DNA from: Vulcanimicrobiota bacterium | GTDB lineage: Bacteria > Vulcanimicrobiota > Vulcanimicrobiia > Vulcanimicrobiales > Vulcanimicrobiaceae | Direction: 5' to 3' | Assembly (NCBI GenBank): GCA_963777315.1 | Contig: CAVZQC010000003.1 | Span: 44,344 to 108,343, forward strand | Length of the DNA: 64,000 nucleotides | Part shown: piece after piece, positions 19,776 through 27,163 of the stretch | Layout of the letters: each line of letters opens with the position of its first letter | How positions within the stretch are numbered: the stretch's first letter is position 1 | Position numbers and translations under genes: made by a program | Notes under the pieces: generated by a model | What the model was told of the DNA's origin: nothing | The model's database searches: none | What the model saw: only the letters and a program-made list of their open reading frames with translations

Positions 19776-20228
19776 ATGCCCACGAGAACGGCAAAAGCGC
19801 AATGGTCCGGAGAAGTTAAGACCGGCAGAGGAACGATCGAACTTGGAAGTGGCGCGTTCTCCGGCACGTATTCGTTCGGAACGCGCTTCGAAAACGAACC
19901 AGGGACAAATCCGGAAGAACTTATTGCTGCATCACACGCCGGCTGCTTTAGCATGGCGCTCTCGCTGATGCTCGGAAAAGGCGGGTATGTACCGAAAACG
20001 ATTGACACAGCCGCAAAGGTGACGATCGAAGCTCAAGGAGAGGGCTTCGCAATCACGCGCAGCGAGCTTTCTACCGTCGCTGACGTGCCCGGTATCGGCG
20101 AGGAGGAGTTTCAGCGTTTCGCAAATGCGGCGAAGGACGGGTGCCCTGTTTCAAAAGCGTTGGCCGGAATTGCGATCTCGCTCGATGCGAAACTTGCAAC
20201 CTCGCGGAATGCGGATCTGCGCCGCTAA
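19776..20228 (+). CDS. osmC: OsmC family peroxiredoxin
   Basis: MPTRTAKAQWSG, GTNPEELIAASHAGCFSMALS, AKDGCPVSKAL; AAGGAG RBS. Confidence 0.92.
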   Translation: MPTRTAKAQWSGEVKTGRGTIELGSGAFSGTYSFGTRFENEPGTNPEELIAASHAGCFSMALSLMLGKGGYVPKTIDTAAKVTIEAQGEGFAITRSELSTVADVPGIGEEEFQRFANAAKDGCPVSKALAGIAISLDAKLATSRNADLRR

Positions 20229-20246
20229 CAGCGCGAGCGCATCGCT

Positions 20247-21707
20247 TTACGCGCTTACCGTGGAGGCCGACTCAGCTTCATTGGAAGCCGCACTGCGCGC
20301 AATATACGCCTTGAGCTGCGCGCCGAATTCCCCGAAAATCGTGACTTGGGAGAGATCGATGGGCGTGAGCGGCAACTGTAGGCGTAGCGCATCGCGGCCG
20401 CCCATAGCCCACGGAATGACGCTGCAGAAGAAGAACCCCAACGCCTCGACGGCATCGCAAACCTGCGGCGTGCCCGGATCTTCGAGCGGCAGGTTCACGT
20501 AGACCGCTCCCACATGCCCCAGCACACGGATATCCGCGAGCGCTTGCGTTATTTGCTGCACGGTCGCGCTGCAGGCTCTAACCACGTCGATGGCGGCAAA
20601 ACCTTCGCTGCGGGAAACCTCGATGTGCAGATCGCCGGTAGCCGTCGCAGCGCTGCCTTCGCGCACGTCGACCGGGAAACCGAGATTACCGTAAATCGTA
20701 GCGATCATTTCGCGGTGGCGCGGCGGCGCATAAATCGTACGCGATTCGCGCGCCTTTAGCGGTTTGATGTAGATCGTAAAACTTTGCCGCTGACCGGCGC
20801 CCGTATACTGCATTTGCTTGGGGGTGAAGTCCGCCGGATCGCCGCCAAGCACGATGCCGCAGAGGCGCGCGCCGATTTTAGCGCTGTCTTCTTGCGTGCG
20901 CGGATGCGTGGTCACCGGCTCGGTGTAGAATGCGCCGAAACCCAGCCGCACGGCCTCGTCTTCGGCAAACTGACGCAACCGTTCGAGCAGGCCGCGCCCC
21001 CGATGCGCGGGCGAAACGATAGCAGCGCACCCGTCGACCAGCGGCGTTCCGGGCAGCGGATCGAGCGCGAAGTGTCCGACGATTTCGCCGTCTTCGGCTA
21101 CCGCTACGATCGATATGTACGCATTTGCGCTATTCAGCTCGACGAGCCGCTTGGGTACGTAGACCGAGGGAAAGATGTAGCGATACCCCCACGTTTGGTA
21201 GAACGCGCGCGCAACGCCGGGCGCATCTTCGGGTTGAAAGCGCCGTATCACGTATTGCTGCTGCGGTGCGAGCGGTACGGTCGCTTCGCGGGGCGGCTCT
21301 GCGCCGACGTCGGCGATACCGTGCGGGCGTTGCAGCGTGAGCCGAAGTTCGCTTCCCGCTCGGCCGTGCAGCTTCCACTGCGCGCTGTCGACGCGTTCGA
21401 GGATGTTCTCCCAACTCGGGTCGCGGCGCGCGTTGCCGTCGTCGAGCGGCAAGCCTCGCTCCAGCAGGCAGATCTGCAATTCTTGCGGCGTCCAAACCGC
21501 GCGCACGTGAATCGGCTCGCGTTCACCGGCCATGGCATCGCGCACGATGAGTTCGAACCCCAACCGCGCCGCATCGGCGATCTTGGTGCAGTGCGCTTGG
21601 TCGAACTCTGCGCGCGAAGCGGCATCGCCGGCTATATAGGCGGCGAGCGTGGCGTAGCCGGCTTCCGGCGGAAGCCGCACATCGATAACGTGCTCGATAT
21701 CGGCCAT
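20247..21707 (-). CDS. GNAT N-acetyltransferase fused to an N-terminal degenerate HATPase/anti-sigma-like domain
   Basis: Central IRRFQPEDAPGV..YQTWGYRY and AIVSPAHRGRGL (acetyl-CoA motif), TEPVTTHPRTQ; N-terminal ERGLPLD..VDSAQWKLHGRAGSELRL. Confidence 0.7.
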   Translation of the reverse strand: MADIEHVIDVRLPPEAGYATLAAYIAGDAASRAEFDQAHCTKIADAARLGFELIVRDAMAGEREPIHVRAVWTPQELQICLLERGLPLDDGNARRDPSWENILERVDSAQWKLHGRAGSELRLTLQRPHGIADVGAEPPREATVPLAPQQQYVIRRFQPEDAPGVARAFYQTWGYRYIFPSVYVPKRLVELNSANAYISIVAVAEDGEIVGHFALDPLPGTPLVDGCAAIVSPAHRGRGLLERLRQFAEDEAVRLGFGAFYTEPVTTHPRTQEDSAKIGARLCGIVLGGDPADFTPKQMQYTGAGQRQSFTIYIKPLKARESRTIYAPPRHREMIATIYGNLGFPVDVREGSAATATGDLHIEVSRSEGFAAIDVVRACSATVQQITQALADIRVLGHVGAVYVNLPLEDPGTPQVCDAVEALGFFFCSVIPWAMGGRDALRLQLPLTPIDLSQVTIFGEFGAQLKAYIARSAASNEAESASTVSA

Positions 21708-21751
21708 ACGGCACAGTTCGACCGGCGCGTACGCAGCTCCGGCGGGGACGA

Positions 21752-22182
21752 CTATGGCGATCCCAGCCAGGGATTGGTAACGCTAACCCCTATGTTCTTG
21801 AAGTTCTTTTCATTGCGCGTCACGACGCTTAAGTTCCGCTCGAGCGCCGTTGCGGCGACCAATGAGTCCATCGCGCTGGGCGTAATTCTTCTTTGCTGCA
21901 GTGTTGCTACTAATCGGCCCCACCGGTCGGCCACGCCGGCGTCGAATGCCAGGATGCGACCGGCAAACTGGTCGCGATATCGTTAGTCAGCCACGATTCC
22001 AAGGTTGCCTTTTTCGCCGCGTCGTTGCAGCACTCGATTCCCTTGCGGAGTTCGCCGAGTGTCACAACGCTGATGTAGACCTGCAGCGGGTCCACAGTGC
22101 GCATCCAACCCGCCAATCCGCCGTCTGGGCGCTTTTTCACGACTTCAGAAACAGCGCAGGTGTCCATGAGGAACCCGCTCAG
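21752..22182 (-). pseudogene. vapC: VapC/PIN-domain toxin with a frameshift
   Basis: GFLMDTCAVSE..YISVVTLGELRKGI in one frame; FAGRILAFDAGVADRWG..MDSLVAATAL..VVTRNEKNF..NPW in another. One base is missing near 21976. Confidence 0.8.
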
Positions 22183-22554
22183 AGGTCGACCTCACGTAGC
22201 GCGCCCGGCAGACGCTCGAGATCCAGATCGACGCCGACGAGCGGCGACGAACGGAAAAACTCGAAAAGATTTTGTTTTGGGCGGACGGCATTGAAAAGGG
22301 TATCGTACGAGATGACGACGACGGCGTCTTTGCCATGCTTGGTTACGCATTGCGGATTGCCCTCGAGCGCGCGTTGCACTACCTCGCTGAATTGCGACTT
22401 GGCATCCTGCAATTGCCAGCGCGCGCACCTTCCGGGAGCGACAGCGCTCCAAAGCGCCGAGAGCAGCGCATTCGTATGGAACTCGCTGCCACGAATAGAC
22501 TCGCTGCCACGCTGCCGGCGTGCGGCGCGACGCAGCCCGCGCTTGCTTTTCCAC
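22179..22554 (-). pseudogene. Phd/YefM family antitoxin with a disrupted 5' end
   Basis: WQLQDAKSQFSEVVQRALEGNPQCVTKHGKDAVVVIS. The RBS (GGAGA) and GTG at 22554 are out of frame with this domain, and a duplicated CGTGGCAGCGAGT lies between them. TTG 22412 could still give a shorter product. Confidence 0.65.
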
Positions 22555-22567
22555 TGTGGTGATTCTC

Positions 22568-22611
22568 CTAGACTGTCTAGTCAGTATACCCAGTTGACCG
22601 CGCCTCAGCAA
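22568..22611 (-). promoter_or_regulatory. Sigma-70 promoter and palindromic operator of the TA module
   Basis: Minus strand TTGCTG-N17-TATACT, followed by the inverted repeat CTAGAC-N-GTCTAG (22568-22580). Confidence 0.6.
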
Positions 22612-22646
22612 GGCCCAACCGGTCGGTGCATTTTTACGGCCGCCCC

Positions 22647-22700
22647 TTGACATTCGCCAAAAATATAACTATATAGTTATATAACCAAACGGTAAAACGA
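22647..22700 (+). promoter_or_regulatory. Promoter with probable ArsR operator
   Basis: TTGACA at 22647; perfect 20-bp palindrome ATATAACTATATAGTTATAT (22663-22682) over the -10 region; a partial second site follows (ATATAACC-N4-GGTA). Confidence 0.7.
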
Positions 22701-22710
22701 AGGAGCCTCT

Positions 22711-23082
22711 ATGAACGCCACCGCCATCCGCATCAAAGGCATGGACCTCAGCGGCTACATGGTTAAAGACGCACCCCGCGCCATCGCGTTCTACCGCGAC
22801 GTCGTCGGCCTCGAGCCCACTCGCATATACACCCAAGATCGCGGCGCGGAATACGATCTCCCCGACGGTACCACGTTCGGTCTATGGGGCGGCGGCGGCC
22901 CCATTCCGTTTCAGCCCAGCAACGGCGTGCTGTTCGCGGTGGACGACCTCGACCACACCGCGGCCGTGCTGCAGGCCAAAGGCATCCCGGCCGTCTTCCA
23001 AACCGAAACGCCCTCTTGCCGCATGCTCGCCGTGCACGATACCGAGGGCAACAGCGTCTTTTTTCACCAGCGCAAATCGTGA
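22711..23082 (+). CDS. VOC/glyoxalase family protein
   Basis: AIAFYRDVVGL, LFAVDDLD, HDTEGN; AAGGAG RBS. Confidence 0.88.
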   Translation: MNATAIRIKGMDLSGYMVKDAPRAIAFYRDVVGLEPTRIYTQDRGAEYDLPDGTTFGLWGGGGPIPFQPSNGVLFAVDDLDHTAAVLQAKGIPAVFQTETPSCRMLAVHDTEGNSVFFHQRKS

Positions 23083-23414
23083 GCGCGAATCTCGATGCGG
23101 TTTTCGGTGCACTCGCCGATCCCACGCGCCGGCGCATCGTCGAACGGCTCGCGCGCCGGCCGCTCACCGTCGGCCAGATTGCGGGGGAGTTCCCGCTCTC
23201 TCAGCCGGCAATTTCCAAACACGTGCGCGTGCTCGAAGAATCCGGGTTGCTGCGGCGCAGCATCGAAGGCCGCGTGCATTACTGCAGTTTGGCTCCTGAA
23301 ACAATGCAACACGTATTAAAATGGCTCGAGCGGCAGCGCCGCTACTGGAACGGCGCGCTCGATCGGCTCGAAATCATTCTCAAAGAATCATCCGACGAAA
23401 AGAGCAAACGATGA
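23079..23414 (+). CDS. ArsR/SmtB family transcriptional regulator
   Basis: LDAVFGALADPTRRRIV, SQPAISKHVRVLEESGL; GTGA overlap with the upstream gene. Confidence 0.92.
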   Translation: MSANLDAVFGALADPTRRRIVERLARRPLTVGQIAGEFPLSQPAISKHVRVLEESGLLRRSIEGRVHYCSLAPETMQHVLKWLERQRRYWNGALDRLEIILKESSDEKSKR

Positions 23415-23860
23415 CGCAAACAACAGTCCCGGCGCTGGTGATCCGCCGCACCTACGACGCCGCGCCCGAACGCGTCTACGCCGCTTGGACCGATCCCTCG
23501 ATCGCCAAACACTTTCTTGGTCCAGGCGAAGTCTGCGCACAAGAAGTCGAGATGGATGTGCGCGCGGGCGGCACGTACCGCATCGCGATGCGGCGCCCGC
23601 AAGGCGATGTGTGGACGGTCGTCGGCGAGTACCGCGAAGTCGTCCCTAACCGCCGCTTGAGCATGACGTGGCGCTGGCTGGAAGACGACCCGGCCGACGA
23701 ACGAGAAACGCTGCTCACGCTCGAATTCAATCCCGACGGCGCGGGAACCGAACTTGTTCTGACGCACGAGTGTTTGGCAACGCAAGAGTCGCGCGACGGA
23801 CACGGCGACGGCTGGAACGCCATCCTTTCACAGTTTTCAGAATTGATGAGGAACGCATGA
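23411..23860 (+). CDS. SRPBCC/AHSA1-like domain protein
   Basis: IRRTYDAAPERVYAAWTDP, DVRAGGTYRI, HGDGWNAIL. Confidence 0.9.
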   Translation: MTQTTVPALVIRRTYDAAPERVYAAWTDPSIAKHFLGPGEVCAQEVEMDVRAGGTYRIAMRRPQGDVWTVVGEYREVVPNRRLSMTWRWLEDDPADERETLLTLEFNPDGAGTELVLTHECLATQESRDGHGDGWNAILSQFSELMRNA

Positions 23861-24309
23861 ACCAAGCAACACTCCCCGCGGTGGTCATCCGCCGCACCTT
23901 CGACGCATCGCCGCAGCGCGTATTCGCGGCCTGGACGGGCAAGGAATTCGCAGAAATGATTTGCCCTCAAGACGTTACGCTGCAAGACCTGCAGATGGAC
24001 GTGCGCCAGGGCGGTTCGTACAAGATGGACTTGCTCATGTCCGACGGCGACGTTTGGACGCTGCACGGCGATTACCGCGAGGTCACTCCGCCGCACCGGT
24101 TAGTCATGACATGGAGCTGGATCGAAGACGATCCCAAAGACGCACAAGAAACGCTGCTCACCGTCAAGCTCACCCCGCAAGGCGGCGGCACCGCGCTCGA
24201 ACTGCGTCACGAACTGTTCGTGCGCGAAGACTCGCGGGCATCGCACGAAGCGGGCTGGACGGAATGTCTGGACAAACTCGCCGCTAAACTGGTTGCCGGC
24301 AGCCCGTAG
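23857..24309 (+). CDS. SRPBCC/AHSA1-like domain protein (tandem paralogue)
   Basis: IRRTFDASPQRVFAAW, DVRQGGSY, HEAGWTECLDKL; clearly similar to the preceding gene. Confidence 0.9.
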   Translation: MNQATLPAVVIRRTFDASPQRVFAAWTGKEFAEMICPQDVTLQDLQMDVRQGGSYKMDLLMSDGDVWTLHGDYREVTPPHRLVMTWSWIEDDPKDAQETLLTVKLTPQGGGTALELRHELFVREDSRASHEAGWTECLDKLAAKLVAGSP

Positions 24310-24312
24310 TCG

Positions 24313-24462
24313 ATGAAGCGATCGTATGTCGGCATCGGTGTCGCGCTGGGCGTCGGAATCGGTCTAGCGATCGGCACTGCGGTCGGGAACCCGTCCGCCG
24401 GCCTTGCTCTCGGCGCCGGCATCGGCGTCGCAATCGGGACGGCCCTGAGCGGCCGCAGATGA
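24313..24462 (+). CDS. 49-aa glycine-zipper membrane peptide
   Basis: Below the ORF-track cutoff: MKRSYVGIGVALGVGIGLAIGTAVGNPSAGLALGAGIGVAIGTALSGRR. Starts 3 nt after the SRPBCC stop. Confidence 0.6.
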   Translation: MKRSYVGIGVALGVGIGLAIGTAVGNPSAGLALGAGIGVAIGTALSGRR

Positions 24463-25689
24463 AGCATCGTCATCCGCACCCGCGCCCGCGCGGAAACGGC
24501 CGAGCGCAAACGCGGATCCCACCGCCAAGGCCGGCAAAACGCCGATGAGACGCGCGCTCGCGCCCACGATCGCGGTACCGATCGCGGGCGCGAGAATGAG
24601 TGCGATGCTGTTGACCGAGTCGCTCACGCCCATGATCGCTCCACGCTCGTCCTTGGGAGCCCGTTCGGAAAGTATGGTCATGAGCGTGGGCTCTACCATC
24701 GCAGCGCCGGCCGCCCATAGGACCAAGACCGGAAAAAACCACGCCAAGTTCTGCACGAAATAGATCAGAGCGTACGAAGCGAACAGCAGCAGAAACCCGA
24801 TCTGGCCCACGCGTACGTTGCCGATGCGCTTGGTCAGCGGCGTAACGACCAGCAGCATCGTTATTCCGCCCACTATTCCCGCCCCCGCGAGCAGCCAACT
24901 CGAATGTTGAATGCTTTGGTGCAGCGCGTGATCCAAGTAGAGCGCGAAGTCGGCCAGTAAGTAAACGACGGCGAAGATGAACAGAAATTGCCGGAAGAGC
25001 ACGCGGCGCACCCCGGGCTTCCAGGCGGCCCGCAGCGATTTTTGGATGCTGGTGCTTTCGCGCTTGGCGCGCGTACGCGAGGGAAGCAGCCAAAACGTCA
25101 GGCCGATGTTGAGCACTTCCAAGCCGGCTGCCACGAAGAATGGAAACTGCAGCCCGTACCGCTGCAAGAACCCCGCCGCGACGGGCCCGACAATGAAGGC
25201 CGAACCGAACACGGCCCCGTAAATCGTGTACGCGCGATTGCGCTGGCGTTCGTTCGTAACGTCCGCGATGTACGACTCGGCCGCGCCGATGCTGCCGGCT
25301 CCGACTCCCGAAATCAGTCGCGAGATGTACACCCAGAACAGCGAACCGGCAAGGGCCAGAATCGTGTATCCGACCAGCGTAAAGCATTGGGCGATCAGGA
25401 TGATGAATTTGCGGCCGGCCCGATCGCTGGCTTTGCCCCATATCGGCGCGGCGATCGTCGCGCAGAACGCCGGAATGCTCAGCAGCATTCCGACCATCCA
25501 GTCGTGCGCGCCGTACTTGTGCGCCAGTGCCGGCAGCAGCGGTATGAGCAGCGTGTACCCCAGCATGTCCACGAACGTGGTCAGGTAGATCGGCAGCAGG
25601 TCTTTTGGAAGATTGACTATCGGGATCTCGCCCGCTGTGGAGCCCGCCTCGGATACCGATGTTGCTGCTTGTGCCACGCTGTGGGGCAT
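24364..25689 (-). CDS. MFS transporter, TetA/DHA1-like
   Basis: FVDMLGYTLLIPLLP, motif A GKASDRAGRK, SYIADVT, FIVGP. Start uncertain (25689 or near 25620). Confidence 0.88.
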   Translation of the reverse strand: MPHSVAQAATSVSEAGSTAGEIPIVNLPKDLLPIYLTTFVDMLGYTLLIPLLPALAHKYGAHDWMVGMLLSIPAFCATIAAPIWGKASDRAGRKFIILIAQCFTLVGYTILALAGSLFWVYISRLISGVGAGSIGAAESYIADVTNERQRNRAYTIYGAVFGSAFIVGPVAAGFLQRYGLQFPFFVAAGLEVLNIGLTFWLLPSRTRAKRESTSIQKSLRAAWKPGVRRVLFRQFLFIFAVVYLLADFALYLDHALHQSIQHSSWLLAGAGIVGGITMLLVVTPLTKRIGNVRVGQIGFLLLFASYALIYFVQNLAWFFPVLVLWAAGAAMVEPTLMTILSERAPKDERGAIMGVSDSVNSIALILAPAIGTAIVGASARLIGVLPALAVGSAFALGRFRAGAGADDDASSAAAQGRPDCDADAGAESKAGGRVPDRSADR

Positions 25690-25753
25690 GTACCCGAAAA
25701 CCCAACCGGCGATCCATGGTATCAATTGCGCTCGGTCGGGGAAGAAAAGCGGC

Positions 25754-26236
25754 ATGTGGGACCACGGCGTACTGATCGAGTCGGCTCGCATCGACTTCGC
25801 GCAGGGAATCGTCGCCGGACTCTGCGGCGGGTTCGCCATGGCAATCGCCATGGCCGTACTGAGCGTCGCCGTCGGACAAGGACCGTGGCAGATGCCCAAA
25901 CGTTTGGCGGGCGTGCTGATCGGCCCGGGTGCAAAAGACGGCGGACCGGGCGTCATCGCTTTGGGATTTGCGATTCACTTGGTGCTGTCGGCCGGTTTCG
26001 GCGCGCTGTTCACGCTGCTGGTCAACCGCCTCACCCACGAATTTTGGCTCACGGGCGTTGCATACGCTCTGACGCTGTGGGTGCTCAATTATTGGGGCTC
26101 GCAGTTCACTCCGGGCGGGCGGGAACTCACCGAACTCAAAACGTCTTGGCTCAGTCCGCTGGCGCATATCGTGTACGGCGGGGTGATGGCGGGTGTGGCG
26201 ATCGTATTCGCCGCCTCGGCGATGCACTCGGGATAA
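25754..26236 (+). CDS. Four-TM membrane protein of unknown function
   Basis: GIVAGL.GG.AM, G.AIHLVLSA.FG.LF, G.AY.L.LW..N, L.HIVYG. Confidence 0.7.
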   Translation: MWDHGVLIESARIDFAQGIVAGLCGGFAMAIAMAVLSVAVGQGPWQMPKRLAGVLIGPGAKDGGPGVIALGFAIHLVLSAGFGALFTLLVNRLTHEFWLTGVAYALTLWVLNYWGSQFTPGGRELTELKTSWLSPLAHIVYGGVMAGVAIVFAASAMHSG

Positions 26237-26241
26237 GGCGA

Positions 26242-26439
26242 ATGCATTATCCAAAGCACGAACTCGTCGAAAAGCTCGGTGAGCCGGCCGAAGAGAACGT
26301 TCGTCCGCATCTGAGCGAGCCGGGCAAACCGATGAACGTTTTGCGCTGGGATTGCGGATGCGGAGCAACCAAGTTGCGCGATGAACCGCTATGGGAATGG
26401 GACGTCTGCGAACGGCATGCAAAAGAGCGGCCTGGTTAA
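26242..26439 (+). CDS. Small hypothetical protein with CxC...C..H motif
   Basis: MHYPKHELVEKLG..WDCGCGA..WEWDVCERH; begins 5 nt after the previous stop. Confidence 0.55.
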   Translation: MHYPKHELVEKLGEPAEENVRPHLSEPGKPMNVLRWDCGCGATKLRDEPLWEWDVCERHAKERPG

Positions 26440-26464
26440 CGGGCCGCTCTTGTACTCGGTAGCG

Positions 26465-26959
26465 CTAGGCTTTCTTTTTGCGGCCGCCCTTGCGGCGTCC
26501 GCCGGCGCTCTTGCGCCCGCCTTTACGGCCGGCTGCAGCTTTGCGCGTCGATTTGCGTCCGCCTTTGCGTGCGCTGGATTTCTTGCGTCCGCCCTTCTTG
26601 CGTCCGCCGGTCGACTTCTTGCGTCCGGAAGATTTCTTGCGTCCGCCGGTCGATTTTTTGCGTCCGGAAGATTTCTTGCGTCCGCCGGTCGATTTCTTGC
26701 GTCCCGAAGATTTCTTGCGTCCGTTGCTTTTCTTGCGTCCGCCGGTCGATTTCTTGCGTCCACCCGTCGACTTCTTGCGTCCGCCGCCCGACGATTTACG
26801 TCCGCCTTTGCGTCCGGCCGCTTTACGCGCGGTGCTCTTGCGGCCGCCGGCCGATTTTCGGCCGTTCGATTTCTTACGGCCGCCCTTGCGGCGACCGCCT
26901 CGGCGTGACGAGCCTTCGTCGCCCATCGTTCCGCCGTTTTCCATCATGTCGGAATCCAT
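26465..26959 (-). CDS. Highly basic Gly/Arg/Lys/Ser repeat protein, histone H1/protamine-like
   Basis: GGGAGG RBS and a consensus promoter; about 25 RK/RKK units in GGRKKST/GRKKSS repeats after a short acidic N-terminus. Confidence 0.8.
   Translation of the reverse strand: MDSDMMENGGTMGDEGSSRRGGRRKGGRKKSNGRKSAGGRKSTARKAAGRKGGRKSSGGGRKKSTGGRKKSTGGRKKSNGRKKSSGRKKSTGGRKKSSGRKKSTGGRKKSSGRKKSTGGRKKGGRKKSSARKGGRKSTRKAAAGRKGGRKSAGGRRKGGRKKKA
26560..26790. repeat. Coding tandem repeat (18/21-bp subunits, 39-bp higher-order unit)
   Basis: Recurring TTTCTTGCGTCCG(CCGGTCGA) units that encode GGRKKST/GRKKSS. Confidence 0.9.
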
Positions 26960-27027
26960 TCATTCCTCCCTTCGTCCCCGGGGACGAACTTGAGATGTTG
27001 GACAGCGCAATATAGCGCTTTGTGCGC

Positions 27028-27057
27028 ATCATAAGGAATTTTTGCAATAATTGCAAA
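27028..27057 (-). promoter_or_regulatory. Sigma-70 promoter of the basic repeat protein, with an overlapping inverted repeat
   Basis: Minus strand TTGCAA-N17-TATGAT; inverted repeat TTTGCAA-N3-TTGCAAA at 27041-27057. Confidence 0.6.
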
Positions 27058-27126
27058 TCGGCTCGGTTTCGCGTTGCGCGCGCGGGCGAATTGCCTCATT
27101 TATATAGCGCGCGAACGGGGCGCGAT

Positions 27127-27163
27127 TTGCCGGGGGGTTGACCCCGGCGGTATACTAGGGCGC
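27127..27163 (+). promoter_or_regulatory. Probable leaderless promoter of topA
   Basis: TTGCCG-N18-TATACT, with the GTG start 7 nt after the -10 box. Confidence 0.5.

Noticed and set aside
24470..26422. 650-aa minus-strand ORF and other long overlapping ORFs (e.g. 28073-29338, 41600-42985, 48946-50526)
   Set aside because: Off-frame or antisense to clearly recognisable genes, Arg-rich with no motifs; typical of high-GC DNA.
26560..26790. Regularly spaced direct repeats that could look like a CRISPR array
   Set aside because: No unique spacers. All periods are multiples of 3 and encode the basic repeat protein, and there are no cas genes.
26381..27015. Plus-strand repeat ORFs (FLASAGR and FLRPPVD repeats)
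   Set aside because: Antisense shadows. The minus-strand ORF has the RBS and promoter.
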